DNA of 36,245 nucleotides, taken from assembly GCA_030430125.1 (NCBI GenBank), contig JAUIGA010000001.1, positions 1 through 36,245 on the forward strand, written 5' to 3'. The position numbers and the translations under genes were made by a program. Position 1 is the first letter of the stretch. Every line of letters starts with the position of its first letter. Shown here piece by piece: positions 26,827-35,891 of this stretch. The notes under the pieces are model-generated. The model searched no databases. It had not been told where the DNA came from and saw only the letters and a list, made by a program, of their open reading frames with translations. This stretch comes from Chloroflexia bacterium (GTDB taxonomy: Bacteria > Chloroflexota > Chloroflexia > Thermomicrobiales > UBA6265).

Positions 26827-29295
26827 ATGAGTGAGCCAGCCACGCCACCAGGGAGAGATGAGAAAACGGCTGGTGGCATCTCGCGATCAGCGGATGTTGC
26901 GCCTCGCACCCTGCCGCGCCCGCTGACGAGCTTTGTTGGCCGCGAGACGGAGATCACCGAAATTCGGGAGCTGCTTGACCGGGACGACGTGCGAATCCTG
27001 ACACTCACCGGTCCCGGTGGGGTTGGCAAGACGCGCCTGGCCCTGCGTGTTGCCGAAGCACTCCAGGACACCGCCGAGCGCATCTGGTTTGTGCCGCTGT
27101 CCACGATCAGCGACCCGACCCTGGTCGTCACGGTGGTCGTGTCCGCAATCGGGGCGCTGCGCAACCCAGGTCGGAGCGAGGCGGAAAATCTCATCGCCCA
27201 CCTGCAGGATTCCAGCGCCCTGCTTGTCCTCGACAACTTCGAGCAGGTTGCCGGCGTCGCGCCGGAGCTTGTGGCGATTGTCTCGGCGTGTCCAGACCTG
27301 ACTATCCTGGTTACCAGCCGCGTCAGCCTCAATGTGTCCGGCGAGCACGTCTACCATGTCCCACCGCTTCTGGTTCGCGTCGACGAAACGCACCGTGCGT
27401 GGTCGGAACTTGCCGGCAGCGAGGCGGTCAGGTTGTTCGTGGAGCGGGTAGTGGCACGAAAGCCGGACTTCGCACTCACCGCGGCGAACGCGCCAACCGT
27501 GGCGGCGATCTGCAACCGGCTCGATGGTCTGCCACTCGGAATCGAGCTCGCCGCCGCGCGCATCACAAGCCTTTCACCGCTGGAGCTTCTCGCTCGGCTC
27601 GACACGCGCCTGGCGCTGCTGACCGACGGTGCGCGGGACCAACCCGGCCGGTTGCGGTCGCTGCGCGAGTCGATCGCGTGGAGCTACGATCTCCTCTCGT
27701 CCGACGAACAGCGTATCTTCCGCCGTCTCGGAGCGTTCGCCGGACCATGGACGTTGAAGGCGGCCGAAGCCGTTGTCGTTGACCCCGAGGAGCCTCACTC
27801 CCGCACCGTGCTCGACGGTGTTACCTCGCTCGTCGAACAGAGCCTGATTCGCTACCAGATCGGTCCCGATGGTGAGTCCCGGTACCAGTTGCTGGAAACG
27901 GTCCGTGAGTTCGCGACCGAGCTTCTCGACGCAAGCGACGAGGCAGGCGCCGTGCGCGACCGGTTGACCGGTTACTTGTGCACCCTCACCGACGGCCTGG
28001 TGCTGAGCTGGAATTATCATGATGGAGCAGAACGGTGCGCACGACTGGAGGTGCATCTCGCCGACTTGTGGGCTGCCCTGGCCCGCACCGAACAACGGGG
28101 CGATGCCAAGGCGCTCGGTACGCTCGCGGACTCGCTGGCCATCCTGCAGATGCGCGGGTACTATCATGATTCACGGCACTGGCTCCAGCGCGCCGTCGAT
28201 CTGGGCCGAGATGCAGGCTCGCCTGACTTCGGTCGCCCCCTGGTGTCACTGGCCCACAACTATCACTCGGCGGGTGACGAGGATACGGCCTGGAACCTCT
28301 CGCTCGAAGCGTTGCGATTGTTCGAGGATGCGGGCGATCTTGAGTATCAGGTACTCACCCTGAACGAGCTCGGAATGATCGCCCAGCGCCGCGGCGACAT
28401 GGAATCGGCGGAAATCCACCACCTTCGGGCGTACGAATTGGTCGTGACCGGTTTCTCCGAGAATGTGCGGCATCAGGCGGAAAGTGGGTCGCATACCAAT
28501 CTTGCGAACTGTGCCATTCAGCGAGGTGATTTCGCTGCCGCGCGAACCCATGCCCAGCGTGCGCTCGCGATCCAGGTCGAGCTCGGACACGAGCCGGGCA
28601 CCGGTTTTCTTGGGGCACACGAGGCGCTTGCCGCTATGGGAGACGTCTATCGAGCGGAGGGTGATCAACCACGCGCGCTTCGAAACCATCAGCGATCTGT
28701 TGAGATTGCCCGGCGAGTGAATGACTATCGCGGTGCGATCTACGCACTGGGCGGGGTTGCGGCGGCACTCGCCTGCGCAGGTGAGTGGAAGACAGCGGCC
28801 AGGCTGTTCGGAGCCGACGAGCAACTCCACGAGCGGTTGGGTATCGACTTCGACCTGGAAACGTGGGACCGGCAGCGCGCGCTTGGATTACCCGAGCCGT
28901 GGTTCCGTGGCGACCAGTCGTTCAACTCTGGCGGGTTGATCCACGATGCGCTCTGGAAGGAATCGCCGCCCCCATATCGGCCCCTCCCCGACACCGACGC
29001 CGCAGAAGCGCTGTGGCGATCCGGACGGGCGCTCAGCCTCGATGAAGCCAGCGCCGAGGCGTTGACCACGACGTTGACCCTTCAGAAGCCCAACGAAGAC
29101 AAGCATGGGCTCTCGCCGCGTGAGGCGGAAGTGATCCGGCTGGTCGCGCAGGGCAAAACGGACATGCAGATCGCGGACACACTCTTCATCGGCCGGCGAA
29201 CCGCGTCCACCCATGTCCAGAACATCTACAACAAGATTGGTGTCTCCACTCGTGCCGAGGCGGCTGTCTGGGCGGTCAGGAACGGTCTGTTCTGA
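26827..29295 (+). CDS. STAND-type ATPase / TPR / LuxR-family (GerE HTH) transcriptional regulator
   Basis: Walker A GPGGVGKT and Walker B LLVLDNFE. The central region is helical-repeat (TPR-like). The C-terminal HTH is [45 protein letters not shown]. Start is ATG 26827 after GAGGG; an alternative TTG lies at 26806. Confidence 0.85.
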   Translation: MSEPATPPGRDEKTAGGISRSADVAPRTLPRPLTSFVGRETEITEIRELLDRDDVRILTLTGPGGVGKTRLALRVAEALQDTAERIWFVPLSTISDPTLVVTVVVSAIGALRNPGRSEAENLIAHLQDSSALLVLDNFEQVAGVAPELVAIVSACPDLTILVTSRVSLNVSGEHVYHVPPLLVRVDETHRAWSELAGSEAVRLFVERVVARKPDFALTAANAPTVAAICNRLDGLPLGIELAAARITSLSPLELLARLDTRLALLTDGARDQPGRLRSLRESIAWSYDLLSSDEQRIFRRLGAFAGPWTLKAAEAVVVDPEEPHSRTVLDGVTSLVEQSLIRYQIGPDGESRYQLLETVREFATELLDASDEAGAVRDRLTGYLCTLTDGLVLSWNYHDGAERCARLEVHLADLWAALARTEQRGDAKALGTLADSLAILQMRGYYHDSRHWLQRAVDLGRDAGSPDFGRPLVSLAHNYHSAGDEDTAWNLSLEALRLFEDAGDLEYQVLTLNELGMIAQRRGDMESAEIHHLRAYELVVTGFSENVRHQAESGSHTNLANCAIQRGDFAAARTHAQRALAIQVELGHEPGTGFLGAHEALAAMGDVYRAEGDQPRALRNHQRSVEIARRVNDYRGAIYALGGVAAALACAGEWKTAARLFGADEQLHERLGIDFDLETWDRQRALGLPEPWFRGDQSFNSGGLIHDALWKESPPPYRPLPDTDAAEALWRSGRALSLDEASAEALTTTLTLQKPNEDKHGLSPREAEVIRLVAQGKTDMQIADTLFIGRRTASTHVQNIYNKIGVSTRAEAAVWAVRNGLF

Positions 29296-29312
29296 TCGGT
29301 GGCCCTCGCATC

Positions 29313-29345
29313 TTGACAGATTCGATATACCCCTGTAGGGTATAT
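29313..29345 (+). promoter_or_regulatory. Putative copZ-copB promoter with an embedded CsoR-type operator
   Basis: -35 TTGACA (29313-29318). A perfect palindrome ATATACCC-CTGTA-GGGTATAT lies at 29325-29345. A possible -10 TAGGGT at 29336-29341 gives 17-nt spacing. Confidence 0.6.
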
Positions 29346-29388
29346 CCATTGGATGCGAATCGCCTTGCAAGGAAGGGAGCTCAGAACC

Positions 29389-29598
29389 ATGGAGACCATC
29401 ACCCTCAATGCGCCGGACATCAGCTGCGGGCACTGCGTCGCCACGGTCGAGAAGGCCGTCGGCACCGTCCAGGGTGTCGAGTCGGTGAAGGCCGACGCCG
29501 ACACGAAAGACGTCAACGTCACCTACGATGCCAGTCAGACGAACGTGTCCGCCATCTCCGCTGTCCTCGAAGAGGCGGGATACCCGGCGAAGCAATAG
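29389..29598 (+). CDS. copZ: HMA-domain copper chaperone
   Basis: 69 aa from ATG 29389 (METITLNAPDISCGHCVATVEKAV...). GGAAGGGAG lies upstream. The fold pattern is ferredoxin-like, with a CxxC metal site. Confidence 0.85.
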   Translation: METITLNAPDISCGHCVATVEKAVGTVQGVESVKADADTKDVNVTYDASQTNVSAISAVLEEAGYPAKQ

Positions 29599-29629
29599 CG
29601 CCGATCCCTTCCGAGGGCACGCAGCGTGC

Positions 29630-29665
29630 GACGGGCTGGCAGCGAGCGATTCGCGCCAGCCCGTC
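29630..29665 (+). other. Intercistronic stem-loop between copZ and copB
   Basis: Perfect 11-bp stem GACGGGCTGGC / GCCAGCCCGTC. The 14-nt loop can add a further 4 bp (GCGA/TCGC). No U-tract follows. Confidence 0.4.
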
Positions 29666-29704
29666 GTCGTACGCGGACACCAACCGACGCAAGGTCTGCA
29701 CACC

Positions 29705-31939
29705 ATGCACCATGAACACGGGACCCACTCCAAACAAACGTCTCAGGTCGCCCACGATCGTCCCGATGTGGACGGCGCAAGCAACCGGGAACTCGGTCAC
29801 AGCTCACATACGCATCACGCAACCCACGCAGGTGCTCACGACCATCACCAGGGCCACGGCGGTTACGATGCCCACGATGCGCACGCCAGCCACGAGGAGC
29901 ACGGTGGGCACGATGCGCATGCCGGCCACGGCGGGCATGCCGGTCACGCGGCGGCGTTCGAGCGCCTGTTCTGGATCAGCCTGATCCTCAGTATTCCCGT
30001 CCTGCTCTACAGCGAGATGCTGCAGGACTGGCTCCGTTTCTCCATGCCCGAGTTCACCGGCAGCAACTGGATTGCGCCAGTGCTCGGCACGGTCGTCTTT
30101 GTCGTCGGCGGGCGTGTCTTCCTCGAAGGTGGCGTGCAGGAGCTGCGCGATCGCCAGCCGGGGATGATGGCGCTGATCAGCCTCGCAATTTCGGTCGCCT
30201 TCATCACCAGCCTGCTTTCGACCTTCGATGTCCTTGATCTCGAATTCTGGTGGGAGCTCGTGCTGCTGATCGATATTATGCTGCTGGGGCATTGGCTGGA
30301 GATGCGCGCTATCGGTCAGGCCAGCGATGCGCTCTCCGCCCTCGCCTCTTTGCTTCCGGATGATGCCGAGCGCGTTCGGGACGACGGCAGCACCGAATCG
30401 GTGCCTGTGAGCGAGGTAGTCGAGGGTGACCGCCTGCTGGTACGGCCCGGTGGGCGTGTGCCGGTCGATGGCACCATCGTTCGGGGCGAGGCTGATCTCG
30501 ACGAGTCGATGCTCACCGGCGAATCCCGCCCGGTGGCGCGTGGCGAGGGCGACCGTGTCGTTGCCGGCAGCGTCGTTGCGGGTTCGTCGATCCACATTGT
30601 CGCCGATGCGATCGGTGACGACACCGCCCTGGCGGGCATCCAGCGCCTGGTGGCCGAGGCACAGCAGTCGAAGAGCCGGGCACAGGCGCTTGCCGACCGG
30701 TTCGCGGGGTTGCTCTTCTATGTCGCAACAGGGGCGGCAGTCGTCACCTTCGTTGTGTGGACGCTGCTCGGCGACATCGACAACGCGCTCATACGCACGA
30801 TCACCGTACTGGTGATCTCGTGCCCCCACGCGCTGGGTCTGGCGATCCCGCTGGTGATCGCGATGTCCACATCGGCGTCGGCCCGGCAGGGCGTGCTGGT
30901 GCGCGACCGGCGCGCGCTGGAGCGGATGCGAACCATCGACACCGTCATCTTCGACAAGACTGGCACGCTCACCGAGGGTGAGCATGAGGTTTCGGGAGTT
31001 GCCGCCGTGACCGGGAACGACGACGACGTGCTGGCGATCGCCGCGGCGGTTGAGCGCGAAAGCGAACACCCGCTGGCCTGGGCTATCGTGCGGGCGGCGG
31101 ATGCTCGCTCGCTGCCGATCCCGGATGCGACGTCGTTCGAGTCGGTTACCGGGCGCGGTGTCGCCGCGACGGTCAATGGCGACTCGGTCGCTGTCGGCGG
31201 GCCGCGCCTGCTCCAGGAGCGGAACCTGTCGATCCCGTCCGCCCTCAAGGAGAAGGAGGCCGCGTGGGCGGACCGCGGCGCTGCCGTGCTGTCCGTCATT
31301 CGCGACAATGAAGTGATCGGCCTGATCGCCCTGGAGGACCAGGTGCGGGAGTCGGCGCGAATCGCCGTCGATCAGCTCCATCGGCGCGGCATTCGCGTCA
31401 TCATGATGACCGGCGACGCCAGGAATGTCGCCGAGCATGTGGCCAGGCAGCTTGGCATCGACGAGGTGCTGGCCGAGGTCTTGCCGGAGCACAAGTCCGG
31501 GGAGGTCGAGCGCCTGCAGCGCCAGGGACGCAAGGTGGTGATGGTTGGAGACGGGGTCAATGACGCTCCCGCGCTGACGACCGCCGATGTCGGTCTGGCG
31601 ATCGGCGCTGGCACCGATGTTGCCATCGAATCGGCCGACGTGGTGCTGGCGTCGAGCGACCCGCGCGCCGTCAACAGCGTGATCAAGCTCTCCCAGGCTT
31701 CGTACCGCAAGATGGTCGAGAACCTGTGGTGGGCGGCTGGATACAACCTCGTCGCGATCCCGCTCGCGGCCGGGGTGCTGGCCGGTGTTGGATTCGTGTT
31801 GCCGCCGGCCGTTGGCGCGGTGCTGATGAGCGTGTCGACGATCGTCGTGGCGATCAATGCCATGACCTTGCGGCGCCTTGACCTTTCGCCCGAGGGCGAC
31901 GGGGAACCCACGGCGACACCGGCGCCTGTGCCCGCATAG
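29705..31939 (+). CDS. copB: P1B-3-type (CopB-like) copper ATPase with a histidine-rich N-terminus
   Basis: 744 aa from ATG 29705. CPH motif (VISCPHALGLAIP), DKTGTLT, GDGVNDAPAL, MSVSTIVVAINA. By my count, 23 His in the first 81 residues. The track ORF start at 29528 overlaps copZ and is rejected. Confidence 0.9.
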   Translation: MHHEHGTHSKQTSQVAHDRPDVDGASNRELGHSSHTHHATHAGAHDHHQGHGGYDAHDAHASHEEHGGHDAHAGHGGHAGHAAAFERLFWISLILSIPVLLYSEMLQDWLRFSMPEFTGSNWIAPVLGTVVFVVGGRVFLEGGVQELRDRQPGMMALISLAISVAFITSLLSTFDVLDLEFWWELVLLIDIMLLGHWLEMRAIGQASDALSALASLLPDDAERVRDDGSTESVPVSEVVEGDRLLVRPGGRVPVDGTIVRGEADLDESMLTGESRPVARGEGDRVVAGSVVAGSSIHIVADAIGDDTALAGIQRLVAEAQQSKSRAQALADRFAGLLFYVATGAAVVTFVVWTLLGDIDNALIRTITVLVISCPHALGLAIPLVIAMSTSASARQGVLVRDRRALERMRTIDTVIFDKTGTLTEGEHEVSGVAAVTGNDDDVLAIAAAVERESEHPLAWAIVRAADARSLPIPDATSFESVTGRGVAATVNGDSVAVGGPRLLQERNLSIPSALKEKEAAWADRGAAVLSVIRDNEVIGLIALEDQVRESARIAVDQLHRRGIRVIMMTGDARNVAEHVARQLGIDEVLAEVLPEHKSGEVERLQRQGRKVVMVGDGVNDAPALTTADVGLAIGAGTDVAIESADVVLASSDPRAVNSVIKLSQASYRKMVENLWWAAGYNLVAIPLAAGVLAGVGFVLPPAVGAVLMSVSTIVVAINAMTLRRLDLSPEGDGEPTATPAPVPA

Positions 31940-31959
31940 GCCGACATGCCATTGAGTTT

Positions 31960-31995
31960 CACAGGGGCGAGTTCGCACGCGAACTCGCCCCTGTG
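31960..31995 (+). terminator. Hairpin downstream of copB
   Basis: Near-perfect 36-nt palindrome CACAGGGGCGAGTTCGC-AC-GCGAACTCGCCCCTGTG, beginning 21 nt after the copB stop. The downstream tract is only moderately T-rich. Confidence 0.55.
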
Positions 31996-32166
31996 CGTTG
32001 CTTCGTCGTCCCTTGAAGCGTTGCTTGTTGTGCCGTTGCCAGCCCAATCGGGGATAATCTCCCTATTGGCAGACGGTCTCCGCCGTGTCGAACATGGTGG
32101 AGACCACATCGCGATTCGAGGACCACGGGTCGACAGCACACATCGCCCGGGTTGTCCGAGGAGGCC

Positions 32167-33735
32167 ATGACCGTGAGTACGAAGGACGACAAGCGCGCAA
32201 CCACCCCGAATGGGCTCGATTCGCACGACGTCGCCGGTCAGGTCGTCGAAGAGCGCCAGTTGCTCGTGGCGTCGAATCGCGGGCCGGTCACCTTTTCGCA
32301 GCGTGCCGACGGCAGCTTCTCGGCGCGCCAGGGCAGCGGCGGTCTGGTGACGGCCGTCAGCGCCGTGTTGCAGGGGCAACAGGCGATCTGGATCGCGGCC
32401 GCGATGACCGCCGGCGACCGGACCCGGGCAGCCGCCGCCGAGGAGGCCGGCGAGACGCTGATCACTCCACACGGTTCCGGTTCCCGGTTCAAGCTGCGAT
32501 TCGTGCTGCCCACAACCGAGGCCTACAATCAGTACTACAACGAAATCTCGAACCCGCTCCTCTGGTTCCTGCAGCACTACCTGTGGGACACCCCGCGTTC
32601 CCCTGACATTACGCACAAGACGTGGGAAGCCTGGCGCGAGGGGTATGTCACCGTCAACAGGATGTTTGCCGAGGAGATCATTCGCGCCTGCGACGGGCTC
32701 GACACCGAGCCCGTCATCATGCTGCAGGACTACCACCTGTATCTCTGCGGCGGCATGATCCGGGAGATGCGGCCGCAGGCGATCATCCAGCACTTCATTC
32801 ACATACCCTGGCCCGACCCGGATTACTGGCGTCTGCTTCCGGCGGAAATGCGCCGGGCCATCTGCGAAGGGATGCTGGGGTGCGACATCATCGGGTTCCA
32901 GACGCCGGACCACGCGCGCAGCTTCCTGTACACCTGCGAGGCGTACGTGCCTGACGTCGGTGTCAGCTATGGCGACGGCACCGTCACCTGGCAGGGGCGG
33001 ACGATCAAGGTGGCGCATTACCCGATATCCATTGACACCGAGGCTGTGCGGCGCACCGCGCACAGCCAGGAGGCGCGTGCCTACGAACGATACCTGCCTA
33101 CCTATTTCAACGAGTTCACCATCCTGCGCATCGACCGGGCCGAGCCGAGCAAGAACATCGTGCGTGGATTCAACGCCTTCGACCGCTTCCTGGAGGCGCA
33201 TCCGGAGTACAAGAATCGGGTGAATTTCATTGCGGTGACGCAACCCTCGCGCATGGATGTGGAGGAGTATCGCGACTATCTCGATGACATGAGCGCCACC
33301 GTTGGGCGGATCAACGCGAAGTACGCCAACGTCGAAACCGGCTGGCAGCCGATCACCATCATCATGGGCGAGAGCTATCCTCGCGTGCTGGCGGCGATGC
33401 GCTGGTACGATGTGCTGCTGGTCAATTCGATCATCGACGGGATGAACCTCGTCGCCAAGGAAGGCGCGCTCGTCAATGAGCGCAGCGGCGTCATCATCCT
33501 GTCGGAAGGCGCCGGCGCGGCGTTGCAGCTCGGCGAACATTGCCTGATGGTCTCGCCGGCCGACGTGGAAGGCACCGCCGAGGCGATTCACCAGGCGTTG
33601 ACGATGCCGTTCAGCGAGCGCCAGCGACGCGGTCGAGCCTTGCGAGAGCTGGTCGAACATGAGGATGTGCGCGAGTGGTTCCGCGATCAGCTCGCTGATA
33701 TCGGCGCGCTGGTCCAGTCCCGTCAGAGCCAGTGA
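32167..33735 (+). CDS. otsA: Alpha,alpha-trehalose-phosphate synthase (glycosyltransferase family 20)
   Basis: Blocks LLVASNRGPV, GGLVTA, QDYHL and the overall GT20 pattern. The start is ambiguous: TTG 32152, ATG 32167, or GTG 32173, which has the best spacing to GAGGAGG. Confidence 0.85.
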   Translation: MTVSTKDDKRATTPNGLDSHDVAGQVVEERQLLVASNRGPVTFSQRADGSFSARQGSGGLVTAVSAVLQGQQAIWIAAAMTAGDRTRAAAAEEAGETLITPHGSGSRFKLRFVLPTTEAYNQYYNEISNPLLWFLQHYLWDTPRSPDITHKTWEAWREGYVTVNRMFAEEIIRACDGLDTEPVIMLQDYHLYLCGGMIREMRPQAIIQHFIHIPWPDPDYWRLLPAEMRRAICEGMLGCDIIGFQTPDHARSFLYTCEAYVPDVGVSYGDGTVTWQGRTIKVAHYPISIDTEAVRRTAHSQEARAYERYLPTYFNEFTILRIDRAEPSKNIVRGFNAFDRFLEAHPEYKNRVNFIAVTQPSRMDVEEYRDYLDDMSATVGRINAKYANVETGWQPITIIMGESYPRVLAAMRWYDVLLVNSIIDGMNLVAKEGALVNERSGVIILSEGAGAALQLGEHCLMVSPADVEGTAEAIHQALTMPFSERQRRGRALRELVEHEDVREWFRDQLADIGALVQSRQSQ

Positions 33736-33781
33736 TACGACGTTCGGATGATTGCTGAATCAATCGGGCAATGGGAACCCT

Positions 33782-33854
33782 GTAGTGCCGCCCCTGTGGC
33801 GGCCCGCAACGACCGGCCGCCTCAGGGCAGCCAGGGCGGCCACAAGGGCCGCCC
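33782..33854. repeat. REP-like hairpin pair (CCTGT-loop hairpin, 30-nt spacer, ACAAG-loop hairpin)
   Basis: GCCGCC-CCTGT-GGCGGC at 33787-33803 and GGGCGGCC-ACAAG-GGCCGCCC at 33834-33854. It shares the exact 22-mer with 12786-12807 and lies in the convergent otsA/aspA gap. Confidence 0.6.
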
Positions 33855-33919
33855 GTACCACTGTCGATGTTGGTCAATACCCGGAATTTGGAGAACCCGC
33901 CCGGATTCATGTGGCGCGT

Positions 33920-35428
33920 TCACCCCTGTCCGTGCAGCAGGCGATAGGCGCGCGACAGCTGCGGCATACCGGAGTTCAGACCAGACAATCGGTCCGGGTG
34001 GAGGATCGCCTCGACGTCCGCGCGATCCATCAACCCTCCTTCCACGATGAGGTCGGCGACCCGTTCGCCTGTCGTCAGTGCCCGTTGGGCGATCGCGGCG
34101 GCGGCGGCGTAGCCGATGTACGGGATAAACGCAGTCGCGAGGCCCGCGAGGGAGGCGGATTCGTCGCTGAGCCGGCGCTCGTCGGTGGTGATTCCGTCGA
34201 TACAGTTCTCGCGCAGCGTGACGAGCGCCGCGGTGAGCCACTTCTGGCTTGTCAGCAATGCGTTTGCGATCACTGGCCCGAAGGCGTTGAGCTGCAGTTG
34301 CCCCGCCTCCGCGGCGACCGACACGACGACGTCGTTGCCGAGCACCCGGAACGCGACCTGATTGACGGCCTCGCAGATCACCGGATTCACCTTGCCCGGC
34401 ATGATGCTGGAGCCAGCCTGGCGCTCGGGCAGCCGGATATCCCCGATGCCGGCTTGCGGTCCGGACGACAACAGCCGCAAGTCGTTGCAGATCTTCGACA
34501 GCATCATCGCGAATCTGTTGATCGCCCCGGAGAGTTGCATGTAGGCGCCCATGTTGCTGGTGGTGGCGATCAGGTCGGTGGCGGTCCGCAGTTCGAGGCC
34601 GGTGATCTCGGCGAGATGGCGTCGAGCGGTCTCGGCGAACCGGTAGTCGGCGGCGATTCCGGTCCCGATCGCGGTGGCGCCGAGACTGATCGTGCGGAGG
34701 GGCGGTCGAACCTGCTCCAGCTCGAACCGGCTCTCGCGCACCATCGTCGCGAACCCGCCGAACTCCTGCCCAAGCGTCATCGGCACCGCGTCTTGCAGCT
34801 GGGTGCGGCCGACCTTGACGACGTGGGCGAACTCGTTCGCTTTCGCGCTGAACGAATCCTCGAGCCGTGTCATCTCGGCGATCAGGCGGTCGAGCAGACG
34901 GTGCAGCGTCAGGCGGAGCGCGGTTGGATAGGTGTCATTGGTGCTCTGGCTGCGGTTGACATCGTCGTTGGGCGAGATGTGCTCGTACTGGCCCTTTTCA
35001 TATCCACCAAGTTCCAGGGCGCGGTTGGCGATCACCTCGTTCACGTTCATGTTTGTCGAGGTGCCGGCGCCGCCCTGCATGATGTCGACGACGAACTGGT
35101 CGAGCAACCCGCCGCTCGCGATCTCGTCGCATGCCGCGTCAATCAGGTCGGCACGATCCCGCGAAAGTGACCCGATTTCCGCGTTGGCGCGCGCCGCTGC
35201 CTGTTTTACCTGCGCGTAGGCAACGATGAAGTCGGGAAACTCGGAGATCGCGTGTCCGGTGATCGCGAAGTTCTCGATTGCCCGGGCGGTGTTGACACCC
35301 CAGTACGCCGATGCCGGCACCCCCACGTCGCCCAGCGAATCGCGCTCGACCCGTGTCGGCTCGATGCGTCGAGGTTCCGTGGTTTGAACACTCGCATCGA
35401 ACGCTTCCTCCATCGCAACGGCAGTCAT
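33920..35428 (-). CDS. aspA: Aspartate ammonia-lyase (fumarase/aspartase superfamily)
   Basis: The signature GSSIMPGKVNPVICEAVNQVAFRVLGNDVVVSVAAEAGQLQLNAF is closer to AspA than to FumC, as far as I recall. Start is ATG 35428 after GGAGGA. The track ORF extends 20 codons further. Confidence 0.85.
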   Translation of the reverse strand: MTAVAMEEAFDASVQTTEPRRIEPTRVERDSLGDVGVPASAYWGVNTARAIENFAITGHAISEFPDFIVAYAQVKQAAARANAEIGSLSRDRADLIDAACDEIASGGLLDQFVVDIMQGGAGTSTNMNVNEVIANRALELGGYEKGQYEHISPNDDVNRSQSTNDTYPTALRLTLHRLLDRLIAEMTRLEDSFSAKANEFAHVVKVGRTQLQDAVPMTLGQEFGGFATMVRESRFELEQVRPPLRTISLGATAIGTGIAADYRFAETARRHLAEITGLELRTATDLIATTSNMGAYMQLSGAINRFAMMLSKICNDLRLLSSGPQAGIGDIRLPERQAGSSIMPGKVNPVICEAVNQVAFRVLGNDVVVSVAAEAGQLQLNAFGPVIANALLTSQKWLTAALVTLRENCIDGITTDERRLSDESASLAGLATAFIPYIGYAAAAAIAQRALTTGERVADLIVEGGLMDRADVEAILHPDRLSGLNSGMPQLSRAYRLLHGQG

Positions 35429-35862
35429 GCCATCCTCCTGCTGTGCGCCAGATCGCCGATGACCCGGCGCATGGTTGCACCGATCCACCCATGCTCCGCT
35501 GCGGCGAACTGAGGGCCGATGAGAGGGGGGATGCGCCCCCTGTTCGCACCGTCGCCGTCAAGTGTCGCCACGGCTTCCCACCGTGTGGACAAGAATCTGC
35601 GTGTGACGTTCAGTACAAGTTGTCTTCCTCGATATTGTACTGATCGCCCAACAGTCCTGTTGCATACATATAGCATGGAACCGTCGCCAGCGACAGCCTT
35701 TTCCGGAGATGCGCGACTGCGTTGTATGTGTCGAGCATGGAGAGATTCGCGTGACGCACCTGGATACTGCGGAGTCCAAACTGCTGGGCGGGGCGCCCAT
35801 GGTTGGCGTTCCGGCTTGTGCGCCGTGCACGCTTCCGGCGACAAGCCGGGGGCGATTTGCAT

Positions 35863-35891
35863 ATTGACACCATTCATACCTCGTGGTGTGA
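35863..35891 (+). promoter_or_regulatory. Near-consensus sigma-70-type promoter about 200 nt upstream of the Tat-signal gene
   Basis: -35 TTGACA (35863-35868), exact 17-nt spacer, extended -10 TGgTGTGAT (-10 hexamer at 35886-35891). Confidence 0.4.

Noticed and set aside
26827-29295. STAND ATPase as an Avs-like antiphage sensor
   Set aside because: Its only effector-like domain is a C-terminal LuxR/GerE HTH. There is no nuclease, TIR, protease or other toxic module, and only about 35 residues precede the P-loop. The architecture is that of MalT/LAL-type transcription factors.
23700-31995. The copper island as a mobile element
   Set aside because: There is no integrase, transposase, tRNA attachment site or direct flanking repeats. 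Composition does not visibly differ from the neighbouring housekeeping genes.
29804-33660. Very long minus-strand ORFs (29804-32047, 747 aa; 31372-33660, 762 aa). Similar ones occur at 1511-3118, 6574-7965, 9503-11020, 13471-14598, 21555-23288, 25088-26599 and 33752-35170.
   Set aside because: Each lies antisense to a gene with clear family motifs. Their translations are Arg/Gly/Pro/His-rich low-complexity strings with no recognisable motifs. Long stop-free antisense frames are expected at this GC content.
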